64,000 nt of DNA from an uncultured bacterium (GTDB taxonomy: Bacteria > Zixibacteria > MSB-5A5 > UBA10806), in assembly GCA_965541585.1 (NCBI GenBank), contig CBEUCH010000007.1:1-64000 (forward strand), read 5' to 3'. Positions 10,103 to 19,864 of this stretch are shown one piece after another. The first letter of the stretch is position 1, and each line of letters begins with the position of its first letter. Below the pieces are notes generated by a model, which saw only the letters and a program-made list of their open reading frames with translations, ran no database searches and had not been told where the DNA came from. The translations under genes and the position numbers were made by a program.

Positions 10103-12097
10103 TCATCTAATAAGCAACATTCGGCGAGTTTGCTCGCCGAGAGAAGTTCTCAGTTGATAGAAGTATATGCCGCTGGCCACGGGCTGGCCCCGGCTATTTT
10201 CTCCATCCCATTCGATCATGTGGTATCCCGTACTTTGAGAGTCGTAAGCATACTCTCTGACCCGCTGCCCGAGCTGGTTGAAAATTACCAGTTCCACCTC
10301 AACGCCTTCGAAAAGAACATAGGAAATGGACGTAATATCGTTAAAGGGATTTGGAAAATTCTGTTTCAAAATAAAATTCGAAGGCAGAGGATCTAGACCT
10401 GCTTTCAATATAAAGGTCTCGGAGGTATCGGTTGCCACCGTATATCCGCTCAGAATCCGGGATTCGAAGGGCGATTCCGGCGGAGGCGTCAATTCGATCT
10501 CATAATTTCCGGCGGGGATTGTTATCAAAGCAACGCCGTCGGCTTCGGTGTCATCGTGGGGAGTAAAAAGCTCTTCTCCATTGCTCTCCGAGATGAAATC
10601 AAAATCAGCATCCTCTACCGGTAGCCCATTGCTATCGAATACGGTACCGGTGAATATCAAGCCCGAATCCAGCGCCAGGTCGTTCCATGTTGTATCCGTT
10701 TCAATCGCGATCTCCACCATTCTGACGCCCATATGTCTGCTTCCGCGGAGAGGAGCGAACTCCACATCGAATATACCGACTGGAACGGCTAGGTCATAAT
10801 AACCCGCGCTGTCCGTCTGATTATCGGATACTGAAATCTTATCTCCAGTTACACTGCTGAAAAAATAAATATCGATATCAAATAAACCGAGGCCCGATAT
10901 GTCGGTCACTCTTCCGACAAGGCCGACTCGATCCGTTTCACGAAGTGTAAAATCGAAGGTGGTATCGCTGACTATCGATACGCCGGTAAGTACCGTCCGT
11001 TCAAAAAAGGAACCGGGAGGGGGCTGTACCCTGACAGTATATGTATCCTGCAAAACCGCAACCGTCGTGAAACCGTCGCTGTCGGTTTTATCATGAGGTG
11101 TAAATATCTTTATGCCGGTGCTTTCCTGGATGAAATCGAGATCGGCTCCCGGGATCGGAGCGCCTGTGGAATCATGCACAAACGCAGAGAAAAGCCAGCC
11201 GTTTCCGAGAACTTGATTGCGGACAACATCATTCTCAATGGCGAAGCTATCCATAACCGCTCCAACCACTCGACTGCCGAATGGCGGCTCAAACCGCAAT
11301 CTGTAGAGGCCCGAAAGGACTGCTACGTTGTATGCGCCTGATGTATCGGTTTCGTTATTAGCCACATAGAGTTTTTCGCCGGTGGCCTGGTCTCTGAGGT
11401 CGACGCTGATATCGGCCAATCCCCGACCGGTATTATCGGTGACGATCCCGCTCAATAGATTGCCTGCCGTCAGAACGACATCGATTGTTGTATTCGATAA
11501 AACGCTCACTGAATCCAGTTGGAGACCGACCCAGCGGCTGTCTGGAGCGGGCTGGAAGCGGAGTCGATACTCCGCCGGGGGGACCACTATCCAGTAGGCT
11601 CCGCTGGTGCTGTCGGTATTGTCGTCTGGAGTGTAAATTCGCGTTCCGGTCACCAGATCATCGGCATCGAGATCTACACTGCCAACTGGGTTACCCGATG
11701 GATCGGTCACGGTACCGGAAATCACGACTCCGTAATCGAGCGTGACATTGAGCTCCATCGCCCGGCCGGAGGTCAGATCGACATCCAAAAACCGTCTGCC
11801 CATTAGATTGGTGCCCTGGGGAGGAGCGTAGGAAATATTATATATTGCCGGAAGCACGCATACTATGTAATAGCCATCCGAATCTGTATTGTCTCCCGGC
11901 GTATTAATTCTCTCGCCGGTAATAACGTTATCAAAATCAAGATCGGCGTCAACAACCGGATTCTGATTCTCGTCGAGTACGAATCCGAATACGCACGGTA
12001 TTTGAGAACCGGCCTCGGAAATGAGGAATATAACCAGCGCCGTCGTCAGGCCGAGTTTCTTAAGATAATATCCTGTTGATGATAAATTTTGTGTCAT
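10103..12097 (-). CDS. Secreted protein with 6 of the same Ig-like repeats and a FlgD-Ig/T9SS-type C-terminal sorting domain
   Basis: Signal peptide, six repeats and C-terminus QNFPNPFN...IFNQLGQRV...WDG...VASGIYFY...RMLLIR. Confidence 0.85.
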   Translation of the reverse strand: MTQNLSSTGYYLKKLGLTTALVIFLISEAGSQIPCVFGFVLDENQNPVVDADLDFDNVITGERINTPGDNTDSDGYYIVCVLPAIYNISYAPPQGTNLMGRRFLDVDLTSGRAMELNVTLDYGVVISGTVTDPSGNPVGSVDLDADDLVTGTRIYTPDDNTDSTSGAYWIVVPPAEYRLRFQPAPDSRWVGLQLDSVSVLSNTTIDVVLTAGNLLSGIVTDNTGRGLADISVDLRDQATGEKLYVANNETDTSGAYNVAVLSGLYRLRFEPPFGSRVVGAVMDSFAIENDVVRNQVLGNGWLFSAFVHDSTGAPIPGADLDFIQESTGIKIFTPHDKTDSDGFTTVAVLQDTYTVRVQPPPGSFFERTVLTGVSIVSDTTFDFTLRETDRVGLVGRVTDISGLGLFDIDIYFFSSVTGDKISVSDNQTDSAGYYDLAVPVGIFDVEFAPLRGSRHMGVRMVEIAIETDTTWNDLALDSGLIFTGTVFDSNGLPVEDADFDFISESNGEELFTPHDDTEADGVALITIPAGNYEIELTPPPESPFESRILSGYTVATDTSETFILKAGLDPLPSNFILKQNFPNPFNDITSISYVLFEGVEVELVIFNQLGQRVREYAYDSQSTGYHMIEWDGENSRGQPVASGIYFYQLRTSLGEQTRRMLLIR

Positions 12098-13920
12098 AAA
12101 TCGATCTTCAAATTTAACCTGTTCAATATCGCATTCTCAAGGAAAGGGCTGAAGGCTTGGCCGGGATTAAAAATCGCAATGACCCAGGAGAGATTCACCC
12201 GCCTCCAGAGTTTGGAAACGCCGAAAAGAATATCGAGCTCCCATCCGATATCATCGCTGATTTCGTTCGGACGGGCCGGAGGATCGATAAGATCTCCTCT
12301 CAGTTTATTATCCGGTTGATCCTGCCTGTAGGAATGATAAACGGCTTCAAGTGACATCACATTCAGCGGTCTGAATCCCAGGGCTAAAGTAAGAATCTTC
12401 AGGTTGCTCAATTCCGGGTCTAAAACCTCGCCATAATATCTGGTTGCGGAAACACCGCCGAAAGAATCGACGTTGTCCTCATACCCGGTTTGACGAAAAG
12501 TGTTGTCGATTCCGTCCCCGCCGGTCTTATCTCCAGTCGCCCGGGCATAGGCAAATGTCAGGAATGGAGCGAACCTGTGATTGCCCGGCTTAAATGTAGC
12601 CCCGAAATCATATGCCCAACTTCGTAGTTGCCTGTCTTTGTCCGTGCCGCGCATGATAGCTATCTCCATCCAGGTTCTTATCATCCTGCGCACTCTGCCG
12701 TCGAAGCCGACGCCCCACCACACCGGTTCGCGGTTACGAATTTCGTCGCTGTCTTTTCGCAGCAGGACGTATCCTCTGAGGCGGCTGTGGCTATCGAAAT
12801 ACCATTGAACCTGACCGAAGACATCGGTCCAGGTGTCAATCTTATCGCTGAGCGGAGCTATGGCGTGCATTAGGGAGGCCTCGAAAATAACCGGCTCCCG
12901 GCCGTAATAGTAGATACGAATGGCATCCAGGTATTCGTCGAACAGCCATTCTCGCGGCTCTTCAACGTCCTGCCTGCCGATTTTGAATGTCAACCCTTTC
13001 ATTCCTATATCTCGAGCCAGAAAATAGAGCTGGGTATCACCGGCGTCCAGATCTCTGGATTGAGAAGTGCCCCTGTCGCTATTAAAGGGATATTGCCTGC
13101 GCATCCGCAATTGAGCGAAAGTTCGGAAATTATCATTCCAGTAGCCGGTTAGCTCCAATCTTATCTGGGGCTCGACGTCACTATGATCTGCCTCTATGGA
13201 TTCGGATAAGTCGTATTCGGTTTCGCTGCGAACGGTCTGACGGAAATTGGCATTGAAGTGTAGATTACTTCCCAGCACCATACCTTCCGAATTTTCCTCA
13301 GGGCCTGCAAATGACATCTCATCGAATTCAATTTCCTCAAAAAAGCTGCCGGGTTCGTTTATGTCCGTCTCGCGTGTTAACAGGATAATCAAACCGTGGA
13401 TCTCGAGCGTATCCGGAGGCTCGCCATCGACGGCAGCTTTTGTGATGCTGCCCTTTATCTTGTTGCTTTTCTTGATATCGGATGTTCCTATCTTTCTGGC
13501 TTTCCAGTGATTGTCCTCACCGACCTTGCAGCTGACCTCGATCTGCTGACCGACCTGCAAATCGTCAAAATCAGATGCCTCCTCTTCCAACTCCGGGAAT
13601 TGCGTTTCGTCATGGATCTCTATCGGGATTCCATACATGGTGATTTCCATATTCTCGAGATCTATGGCCTGTATTGCTCCTCGGAGTTTCGGGCGACGAG
13701 GTTTGGGAAGCTCCTCGATATCTGTCGCCACCAAAACTCCCGAAGTATCCCAATAACCTTTGATTTCCAAGGCGGGTACTTCCTGATAGTTCAGCTTTAA
13801 ATATTCCGGACTTTGAGCGTCAGGAGTGGTCACAGCCACCAGGTAAATCGCCAACGCGATCCATAGGCTGCGTAGAACACTTCGATTGCAGGTAGACCGG
13901 TCAAAACGAATTAATGGCAT
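12094..13920 (-). CDS. DUF5666-repeat plus alginate-export (AlgE-like) outer-membrane beta-barrel protein
   Basis: N-terminal G.I.AID...I...G..I.I...T.F...L.VGQ.IEV...A.KI (DUF5666 pattern). C-terminal GRQ...EWLFDEYLDA, YA.ATGD, FRQTG, G..LDPELSNL and IGWELD, typical of AlgE-family barrels. Confidence 0.8.
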   Translation of the reverse strand: MPLIRFDRSTCNRSVLRSLWIALAIYLVAVTTPDAQSPEYLKLNYQEVPALEIKGYWDTSGVLVATDIEELPKPRRPKLRGAIQAIDLENMEITMYGIPIEIHDETQFPELEEEASDFDDLQVGQQIEVSCKVGEDNHWKARKIGTSDIKKSNKIKGSITKAAVDGEPPDTLEIHGLIILLTRETDINEPGSFFEEIEFDEMSFAGPEENSEGMVLGSNLHFNANFRQTVRSETEYDLSESIEADHSDVEPQIRLELTGYWNDNFRTFAQLRMRRQYPFNSDRGTSQSRDLDAGDTQLYFLARDIGMKGLTFKIGRQDVEEPREWLFDEYLDAIRIYYYGREPVIFEASLMHAIAPLSDKIDTWTDVFGQVQWYFDSHSRLRGYVLLRKDSDEIRNREPVWWGVGFDGRVRRMIRTWMEIAIMRGTDKDRQLRSWAYDFGATFKPGNHRFAPFLTFAYARATGDKTGGDGIDNTFRQTGYEDNVDSFGGVSATRYYGEVLDPELSNLKILTLALGFRPLNVMSLEAVYHSYRQDQPDNKLRGDLIDPPARPNEISDDIGWELDILFGVSKLWRRVNLSWVIAIFNPGQAFSPFLENAILNRLNLKIDL

Positions 13921-15259
13921 TTATTCCTCCAGGGATGGTTTTTTCTTGATCTAAATGTCGGCCCGCTTCCTTTAGAAGAGTCGGGGCAAGATGCCGCCAT
14001 CGCGGTCGCAGCGAGTATAGAACGGCCAAACGGGTCAACGTCGTTGCCAGCCGCCAGCAAGCGCGGACTGTGAAATCAGGATCGATCTCGCCATATCCAC
14101 CGGCAAAGGCCTTCACGCCATTATCAAAGCTTTGTGCATGCTCGGGAGTTTGAAGCCGCCGAAGAATCAGATGAGCCAGGAAATTACCATAGTCCATCGC
14201 TGCATCAGCCCTCATTACGTTTTCGCAATCCAGAAGAGTTGTTTTCCCGGCCGAATAAAGAACCTGCTTGTCATAAAAGTCGCCATGAACGCATACGTCC
14301 GCCTGTTGCCCCGCAAGATGGGTCTGGCTTTTTTTGAGGCGTTCCAGTGTAAGCTCGAAGGAGTCACTCAACCGAGGGTATAATTTGAATGCCACATCAA
14401 ACCGCTTTTCGAAGCTTGTGATTTCATCGGTCGCGGAATGAGTTTGAAGCTTCCCGGCGTCAAGAGAGTGAAACTTACGAAGCAGTCTACCGGAGGCAGC
14501 GCAAGCTTTGTTAAATATAGGCTTTCCAATGAGAGAATGCAATGTCATTCCCGGTGCGTTCTCCATAAGAATCACGCCGAGGTCAACGTCGGAATGATAT
14601 ACATGCGGTACAGTTATCTTATCCTCTTTCCCGGCATAGGGTCTGTCGCTCCCCAGCCAACTTAGGATCTCTATCTCTTTGGCTGATCGCCGAGGGCGTA
14701 AGATCTTTGCAATCAATCGGAATTCGTCCGAATTGTTTTTCCGGCCATCCGGCTGCTTAAGAGTATACCGCAATACGCACCGGCGTTCCAATCTATATCC
14801 CAACACCTCGTAGCTCTTTATTTCAAAGTCACTTAACCCATGAGGCAATCGATTACCGAGGCGAGACAGCAGCCCGGAGACCTCTTCCGGCCGGCAGAAT
14901 TCAGCCAGTTGCTTGAGCTCCGGATCAAACGGGAATAAGGGAACTGCCAGGCGCAGATCTTTGAATTTGATGATGTTATCGTCGTTTTCCCGGGTATAAT
15001 CAGGCCATGATTCTGATGGCCCGAGCAAACGGCCATAAAGGAGAAATCTATTTTTCGGGAAATTGCCGAAAGCCTTAATCAGCATAGAGTATTGGATTGC
15101 AAAACCGCCTTTCCCTCGCGGGAAAACTCTCGTAACCCAGAAATCTTCCAGGGAAAGAGACCTGCTCCAAATCTTTTTTAATTCTTTTTCGAACCGCTCT
15201 CGCATCTGCCTGGAATCGATCGCCAGCTCGAGATGTTCGTAATCAGGGTTTATCGTCAT
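13901..15259 (-). CDS. Aminoglycoside/choline-kinase-like (APH-family) phosphotransferase 1
   Basis: HGDFYDKQ and LLDCE...D...DYGNFLAH. Start reassigned to ATG 15259 (ATGA overlap). Confidence 0.8.
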   Translation of the reverse strand: MTINPDYEHLELAIDSRQMRERFEKELKKIWSRSLSLEDFWVTRVFPRGKGGFAIQYSMLIKAFGNFPKNRFLLYGRLLGPSESWPDYTRENDDNIIKFKDLRLAVPLFPFDPELKQLAEFCRPEEVSGLLSRLGNRLPHGLSDFEIKSYEVLGYRLERRCVLRYTLKQPDGRKNNSDEFRLIAKILRPRRSAKEIEILSWLGSDRPYAGKEDKITVPHVYHSDVDLGVILMENAPGMTLHSLIGKPIFNKACAASGRLLRKFHSLDAGKLQTHSATDEITSFEKRFDVAFKLYPRLSDSFELTLERLKKSQTHLAGQQADVCVHGDFYDKQVLYSAGKTTLLDCENVMRADAAMDYGNFLAHLILRRLQTPEHAQSFDNGVKAFAGGYGEIDPDFTVRACWRLATTLTRLAVLYSLRPRWRHLAPTLLKEAGRHLDQEKTIPGGINAINSF

Positions 15260-16632
15260 GAGAGGATCCTTCGACATTCTTCCAACAGGTTTTCGGTTTT
15301 TTTTCGCCAACCGGTTTCCAGGCGCCGAAACGGCCCCACCGATAGCTGAAACAAGCCATAGGCTGTCCAGAAGGTGATGCTGTCTTCGTCCAGTTTTTCA
15401 GCGGAAGCCTCCTGGTAAATTCTTTTAAAATCTTTTTCGAGGCCAGCCCCATCCGTCAGGCGGCCCTGCAAACATAAAAGTCTCAAATGAGCACAGAAGT
15501 TTCCGATGTCGGCGTTGACATCTCCGAGGTGAGATCGATCGAAATCGATAAAGGCTACGCTGCTTTTTTGCAGCAGGGCCTGACCGTAATAGAAATCTCC
15601 ATGAACGAAGCCGAACCTGCGGCGATCTTCAAGATATCTGTAATTCTCAAGATTGCTCAGGATTTCGTCGGCGCGGTCGGCGACCTCGGGAGCGATATAC
15701 CTGAGCATTTCCGCGGTTGACTTTGCATCGTCAAGACAAGAATCAAATCGGCGCTCGGCCAATTGATGGATCTCGGCGCGATGCAGGGGCACAAGCGCCC
15801 TTGCCACCCTTGTTATGGCCTTGAGTCCCTGACCCTCCATAAGTGCATCGAGTAATGGTTTGCCCCGCAGATCCTTCATTATCAGAAGCCGCCGCTCGGG
15901 GAGATAAGCTATAGGCCTCGCTATCTTGAATAAGCGGCCTTTCTTGGCCAGCATATAAAGATTCTTCTGAAGAGAAAAGACGTCGGCCCCGCGGTCATCG
16001 GCATACAGGCGAAGGTAAGCCCTGATCTTGTCGCTTTCTTTGGTCCGTCGATTAAATACGCGCGTCTTGCAATGAAGTACTATCCTTCTTTCCGGTTTAT
16101 ATCTAACGGTTGTTAGGCGAAGTGACCTATCGGATATGCGCCAGTCTTTTTCAGGATATTTGTCAAAATGCTCGTATAGGATTCTCTGAACTTTTTTCGG
16201 ATCAGATAATAATCTGAGGCCCTCGATAACGAAGTCATTCGGGAACAGAAATAGAATTGCCCTTTTCTCCGGCAAAGAGATTACGGGTTCGGTGCCGAGC
16301 AGGTTTACCCAGCGATGAACGCGCGTTTTTTCCAGAGCGACCTGGAAATTGGCTTCGGAGTAAATCTTCGCATACAACAGATATTGTGAAGACCTGCCGA
16401 ATATCTCCCTGGAGCATTTCAGGGAATAAGCAATTATACAACTTGTAGCGGGCTTATACCTGATATATGAAACCCGGCAATCTTCAATCTTGCCCGGGAT
16501 GTCTCCGAGTCGCCGCCCCAGTAAAGCTCTGACCCATTCTGAATCAAGTAAGGCAGAAAGTCCCGGTAATCGCTCGTCTACGGGGATATCCCGATGATAT
16601 TTCTGTTTTATGTCATAACCTTCAGCGTTCAT
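15256..16632 (-). CDS. APH-family phosphotransferase 2 (paralog of the adjacent gene)
   Basis: HGDFYYGQ and FIDFD...D...DIGNFCAH. Start at ATG 16632 with CAGGAG upstream. Confidence 0.8.
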   Translation of the reverse strand: MNAEGYDIKQKYHRDIPVDERLPGLSALLDSEWVRALLGRRLGDIPGKIEDCRVSYIRYKPATSCIIAYSLKCSREIFGRSSQYLLYAKIYSEANFQVALEKTRVHRWVNLLGTEPVISLPEKRAILFLFPNDFVIEGLRLLSDPKKVQRILYEHFDKYPEKDWRISDRSLRLTTVRYKPERRIVLHCKTRVFNRRTKESDKIRAYLRLYADDRGADVFSLQKNLYMLAKKGRLFKIARPIAYLPERRLLIMKDLRGKPLLDALMEGQGLKAITRVARALVPLHRAEIHQLAERRFDSCLDDAKSTAEMLRYIAPEVADRADEILSNLENYRYLEDRRRFGFVHGDFYYGQALLQKSSVAFIDFDRSHLGDVNADIGNFCAHLRLLCLQGRLTDGAGLEKDFKRIYQEASAEKLDEDSITFWTAYGLFQLSVGPFRRLETGWRKKTENLLEECRRILS

Positions 16633-16725
16633 CAGAAATGATCTCCTGAGAAAAACAAAAAAGTCGATTATCCTCTGCAAACGCAGCAGATGAAATGATT
16701 TTGAGATTATTCATACCTGTCGATC

Positions 16726-18594
16726 TCATATTCCATCAATCCGGGTTTGAACGGGGCCGTCCGGCCAACTGCTGTATCCCGTGCGTGTAATCTCGTGCCC
16801 GACGTAATCGTAAAAATCTCCCCTCTGGTGGAAAAGCTCCATAGGTTTTCCCTCCTCGACAAGCCTTCCATCCCTTATGAAGACTGTCCAATCGGCCAAT
16901 TCGAGGAAATTCAGCCTGTGAGTGATAATTATGACCACTCGATGGGGTTTCAGGGCCCGTAAGGCCTCTTTTGCCTCTCTCTCCGCATGGATATCAAGCC
17001 CTGTGGCCGGTTCGTCGAATATCATTATCGCAGAATCCAGTAACGCGGCGCGGGCGAAGCTGACCAGTTGACGCTGGCCTCCGGAAAGCGTAAGCCCGCC
17101 TCCTCCGATAATTGTGTCGTAGCTCTCCGGGAGTTTATTGATAAACTGATCAGCACCGACCATCTGTGCGGCCTTTTCTATTTCCTGTTGGCTTGCCTTA
17201 CGATTGCCAAAGGCGATATTGTCTTTAAGGCTGGTCTGGAATAAGAAAGCTTCCTGTGTCAGACTTGTGATTTTCTTGCGAAGACTTTGAATCTTGAACT
17301 CAGAGATATCATTTCCGTCGATGGAGATGATTCCATCTTGAGGTTCATATAAGCGTAATAACAACTTGGCCAATGTGGATTTTCCTGCCCCGGTAGGCCC
17401 GATAATTACGGTCGTCTTGCTCCTTGGAATGCTGCAGCTAAAGTCGTGCAAAATGTAATTATTTTCAACATAGCCAAATGTTACCTTTTCGAATCGAATT
17501 CTCCCTTTTATCCTGGGGGCCGGCACGGCGCCTTCGCGATCCGTTACCTCGGGCATAATTTCGAGGATTTCCATGACTTTCTCACCCCGCACGATGGCCT
17601 TGGCGATCCGGGCCGATAATTTGGAAATCGATCTGATCGGCCGGTAGATTCCTCGCATATAAGAGAGGAAAATGATTAGATCGCCCGGAGAGATCGTCCC
17701 GTTGAGGGCTTTTCGGGCGCCCACAAATAATACCAGACCGGTTCCGAGCGCAGCAATGAGTTCCACGATTCTGGCGTAATTCGCCGCCAGCCTGGTGGTT
17801 TTCAATCCGGCCTTGAAATCACGGCTTACTGATTTGCCGATCAGCTTATCTCTCTGTTTTTCCTGCGAAAAGACCTTGACCTGGCTGATGCCGGCCAGAG
17901 TCTCTTCCATGGATGTTACCATCTTACCGAAATTTTCACGTTGTTTGCTGGCGGCGCTCTTGATCCTCTTTGAGAAGCCGAAAGAGGCGAAAATGAAAAG
18001 CGGCATCACGGCCAGAATCAATAACGCCAATTGCCAATCGATGAAAAACACTATAACCAGCATTCCGAGGATGATGATCAACTGGCCCGCCAACTGGATA
18101 ATGGTCTCCACCAGAAGGTTTTGCAGAAGGCTGATATCTCCGGTCAAGCGGGTAATCAGGTCTCCCGTTTCCCTGTAATCGTGATATGATTGGGGAAGCC
18201 TCTGAATATGCGAGAATAGCTGGAGCCTGATAGATGCAATTACCCCATGGCCGACGGTTTTTGAAAGAAGCTCCCGGCTGTATCCCAGAAAACCGCTCAC
18301 CGCCGCTATGACCAGTACCGCCCCGGCCGCAAACAGTGCAACGGAAAGAGGATCCCAGTTTGATAGCGACGTCAGAAACGGCATGTTCGTCACCTGGCGA
18401 TCCGGGTTCAATAGATAATCTATGATTAATTTGAGGGGCCAGGGACGCAGTATTGTCATAAGCGATACGCCTAGGAGCGCCAGCATGCTCAATACAAGCT
18501 TGGTTTTGTATGGTCGAAGATGGCTACCGAAATGATCGATAACGCGTCGCAAACCTTCGATATTTAATTTAGGAATCCTATAACGAATCCGCAT
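16726..18594 (-). CDS. ABC exporter, fused permease and ATPase (MsbA-like)
   Basis: Six TM helices, GPTGAGKS, LSGGQRQ, IFDE and H-loop. Probable start ATG 18594. Confidence 0.92.
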   Translation of the reverse strand: MRIRYRIPKLNIEGLRRVIDHFGSHLRPYKTKLVLSMLALLGVSLMTILRPWPLKLIIDYLLNPDRQVTNMPFLTSLSNWDPLSVALFAAGAVLVIAAVSGFLGYSRELLSKTVGHGVIASIRLQLFSHIQRLPQSYHDYRETGDLITRLTGDISLLQNLLVETIIQLAGQLIIILGMLVIVFFIDWQLALLILAVMPLFIFASFGFSKRIKSAASKQRENFGKMVTSMEETLAGISQVKVFSQEKQRDKLIGKSVSRDFKAGLKTTRLAANYARIVELIAALGTGLVLFVGARKALNGTISPGDLIIFLSYMRGIYRPIRSISKLSARIAKAIVRGEKVMEILEIMPEVTDREGAVPAPRIKGRIRFEKVTFGYVENNYILHDFSCSIPRSKTTVIIGPTGAGKSTLAKLLLRLYEPQDGIISIDGNDISEFKIQSLRKKITSLTQEAFLFQTSLKDNIAFGNRKASQQEIEKAAQMVGADQFINKLPESYDTIIGGGGLTLSGGQRQLVSFARAALLDSAIMIFDEPATGLDIHAEREAKEALRALKPHRVVIIITHRLNFLELADWTVFIRDGRLVEEGKPMELFHQRGDFYDYVGHEITRTGYSSWPDGPVQTRIDGI

Positions 18595-19864
18595 GTCCCG
18601 TTTTTGCCCTGATTTTTCTTTGACTTTCAAGGCCCTCCAGAATTTTTGAAATTATTTCGACTCGCTGTTCCCAGGTATGCTTATCAGACACTTCAGACAG
18701 GGCGTTCCGCCCGAGTTTTGACCTTAATTGCGGATCCTGTCTGAGCCGGACAATCGCATCGTGCAATGCCTTACCGTCGCCCGGCGGGACGAGAATCGCC
18801 GTTTCTTCGTTCGTCAGGATGCGGGAGATCTGCCCTATGTCGGAGGCAATTATCGGTTTTCCGGCCGCCATATATTCGAATATCTTGAGAGCGGAAAAAT
18901 AGAAGTCGACCAACCCGGGGTACGGCGCCACAAGTACGTCTGTTTTCTGTAACATGGATGGAATCTTTTCATAGGGAATGGCGCCGGTGAATATAACCTT
19001 ACCATCCAGGCCCCGCTCATGATATTGCTTCTCAAATTGGCGTATCAACCTTTTTTCTCCGCCTATAATCAGTAGCCTGCTCTTCTTGTAATTGGATACG
19101 AATTCGGCGAAGGAATTTATTAAAATTTCCAAGCCATGCCATGGTTTCAGGCTGCCGACGAATCCTACGGTAAAATCGGATCCATCCAGATCCGCCGATC
19201 GATCATCGTAATCGAACCTCTCCGCCTCCTGGAAATGCTCGACCCTGACGCCGTTGGGCACAACGGTTACACGAGCCTGAGGCGCAATTTTCGAAATGTA
19301 TCCTTTTAGCTCATCGGAGACAGCTATAATATGGTCGGCGTTATTGAATAGATATCTCTCGACAGCCTCCGCCAATTCAGCGAGAACCAACCGTCTGTAG
19401 CGGGACGTTTCATCGACGAGGGGCGAATTTACCTCGAGCACGAAAGGCAATCCGCGCCTCCGTGCAAATCTCAGGCCGGCTATATTGAAAAGCGAGTATC
19501 TCTCATAAACATAGTCGAAAGTCTTTTCGATATCCAGTTCAGTGAGGAACTCCTCCATCTGTTTATTTCTATAAAACTCCATCATTTCAGTGGAGAGTCT
19601 CTCATCGCCTGCCACTTCGCGAACCATGGAGATGAACCGGTCTTCACCGATCTGCGGCAGGTTCCAGACCTCTATGGACGAAACTTCAGAGTTTTCATTG
19701 CGGTCGGTATTGGCCACGACTGTTATCTCGTAGTTCTGGCCGTGCATCGTATTCACAATCTCGCGCATATGGATGGAACCACCCTTGGTTCCCCAGTAAG
19801 GAATGCCCGTGTCGGCACATAGGTAGAGAATCTTTTTCTTATCATTCTTCATGGGAAATTTCAC
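18578..19864 (-). CDS. GT4 glycosyltransferase
   Basis: VPNGV, GFVGSLKPWHG and SALKIFEYMAAGKPII. Confidence 0.92.
   Translation of the reverse strand: MKFPMKNDKKKILYLCADTGIPYWGTKGGSIHMREIVNTMHGQNYEITVVANTDRNENSEVSSIEVWNLPQIGEDRFISMVREVAGDERLSTEMMEFYRNKQMEEFLTELDIEKTFDYVYERYSLFNIAGLRFARRRGLPFVLEVNSPLVDETSRYRRLVLAELAEAVERYLFNNADHIIAVSDELKGYISKIAPQARVTVVPNGVRVEHFQEAERFDYDDRSADLDGSDFTVGFVGSLKPWHGLEILINSFAEFVSNYKKSRLLIIGGEKRLIRQFEKQYHERGLDGKVIFTGAIPYEKIPSMLQKTDVLVAPYPGLVDFYFSALKIFEYMAAGKPIIASDIGQISRILTNEETAILVPPGDGKALHDAIVRLRQDPQLRSKLGRNALSEVSDKHTWEQRVEIISKILEGLESQRKIRAKTGHADSL

Noticed and set aside
13901..16632. Aminoglycoside resistance genes
   Set aside because: The proteins are much longer than APHs, have altered motifs and are embedded in a glycosyltransferase operon.
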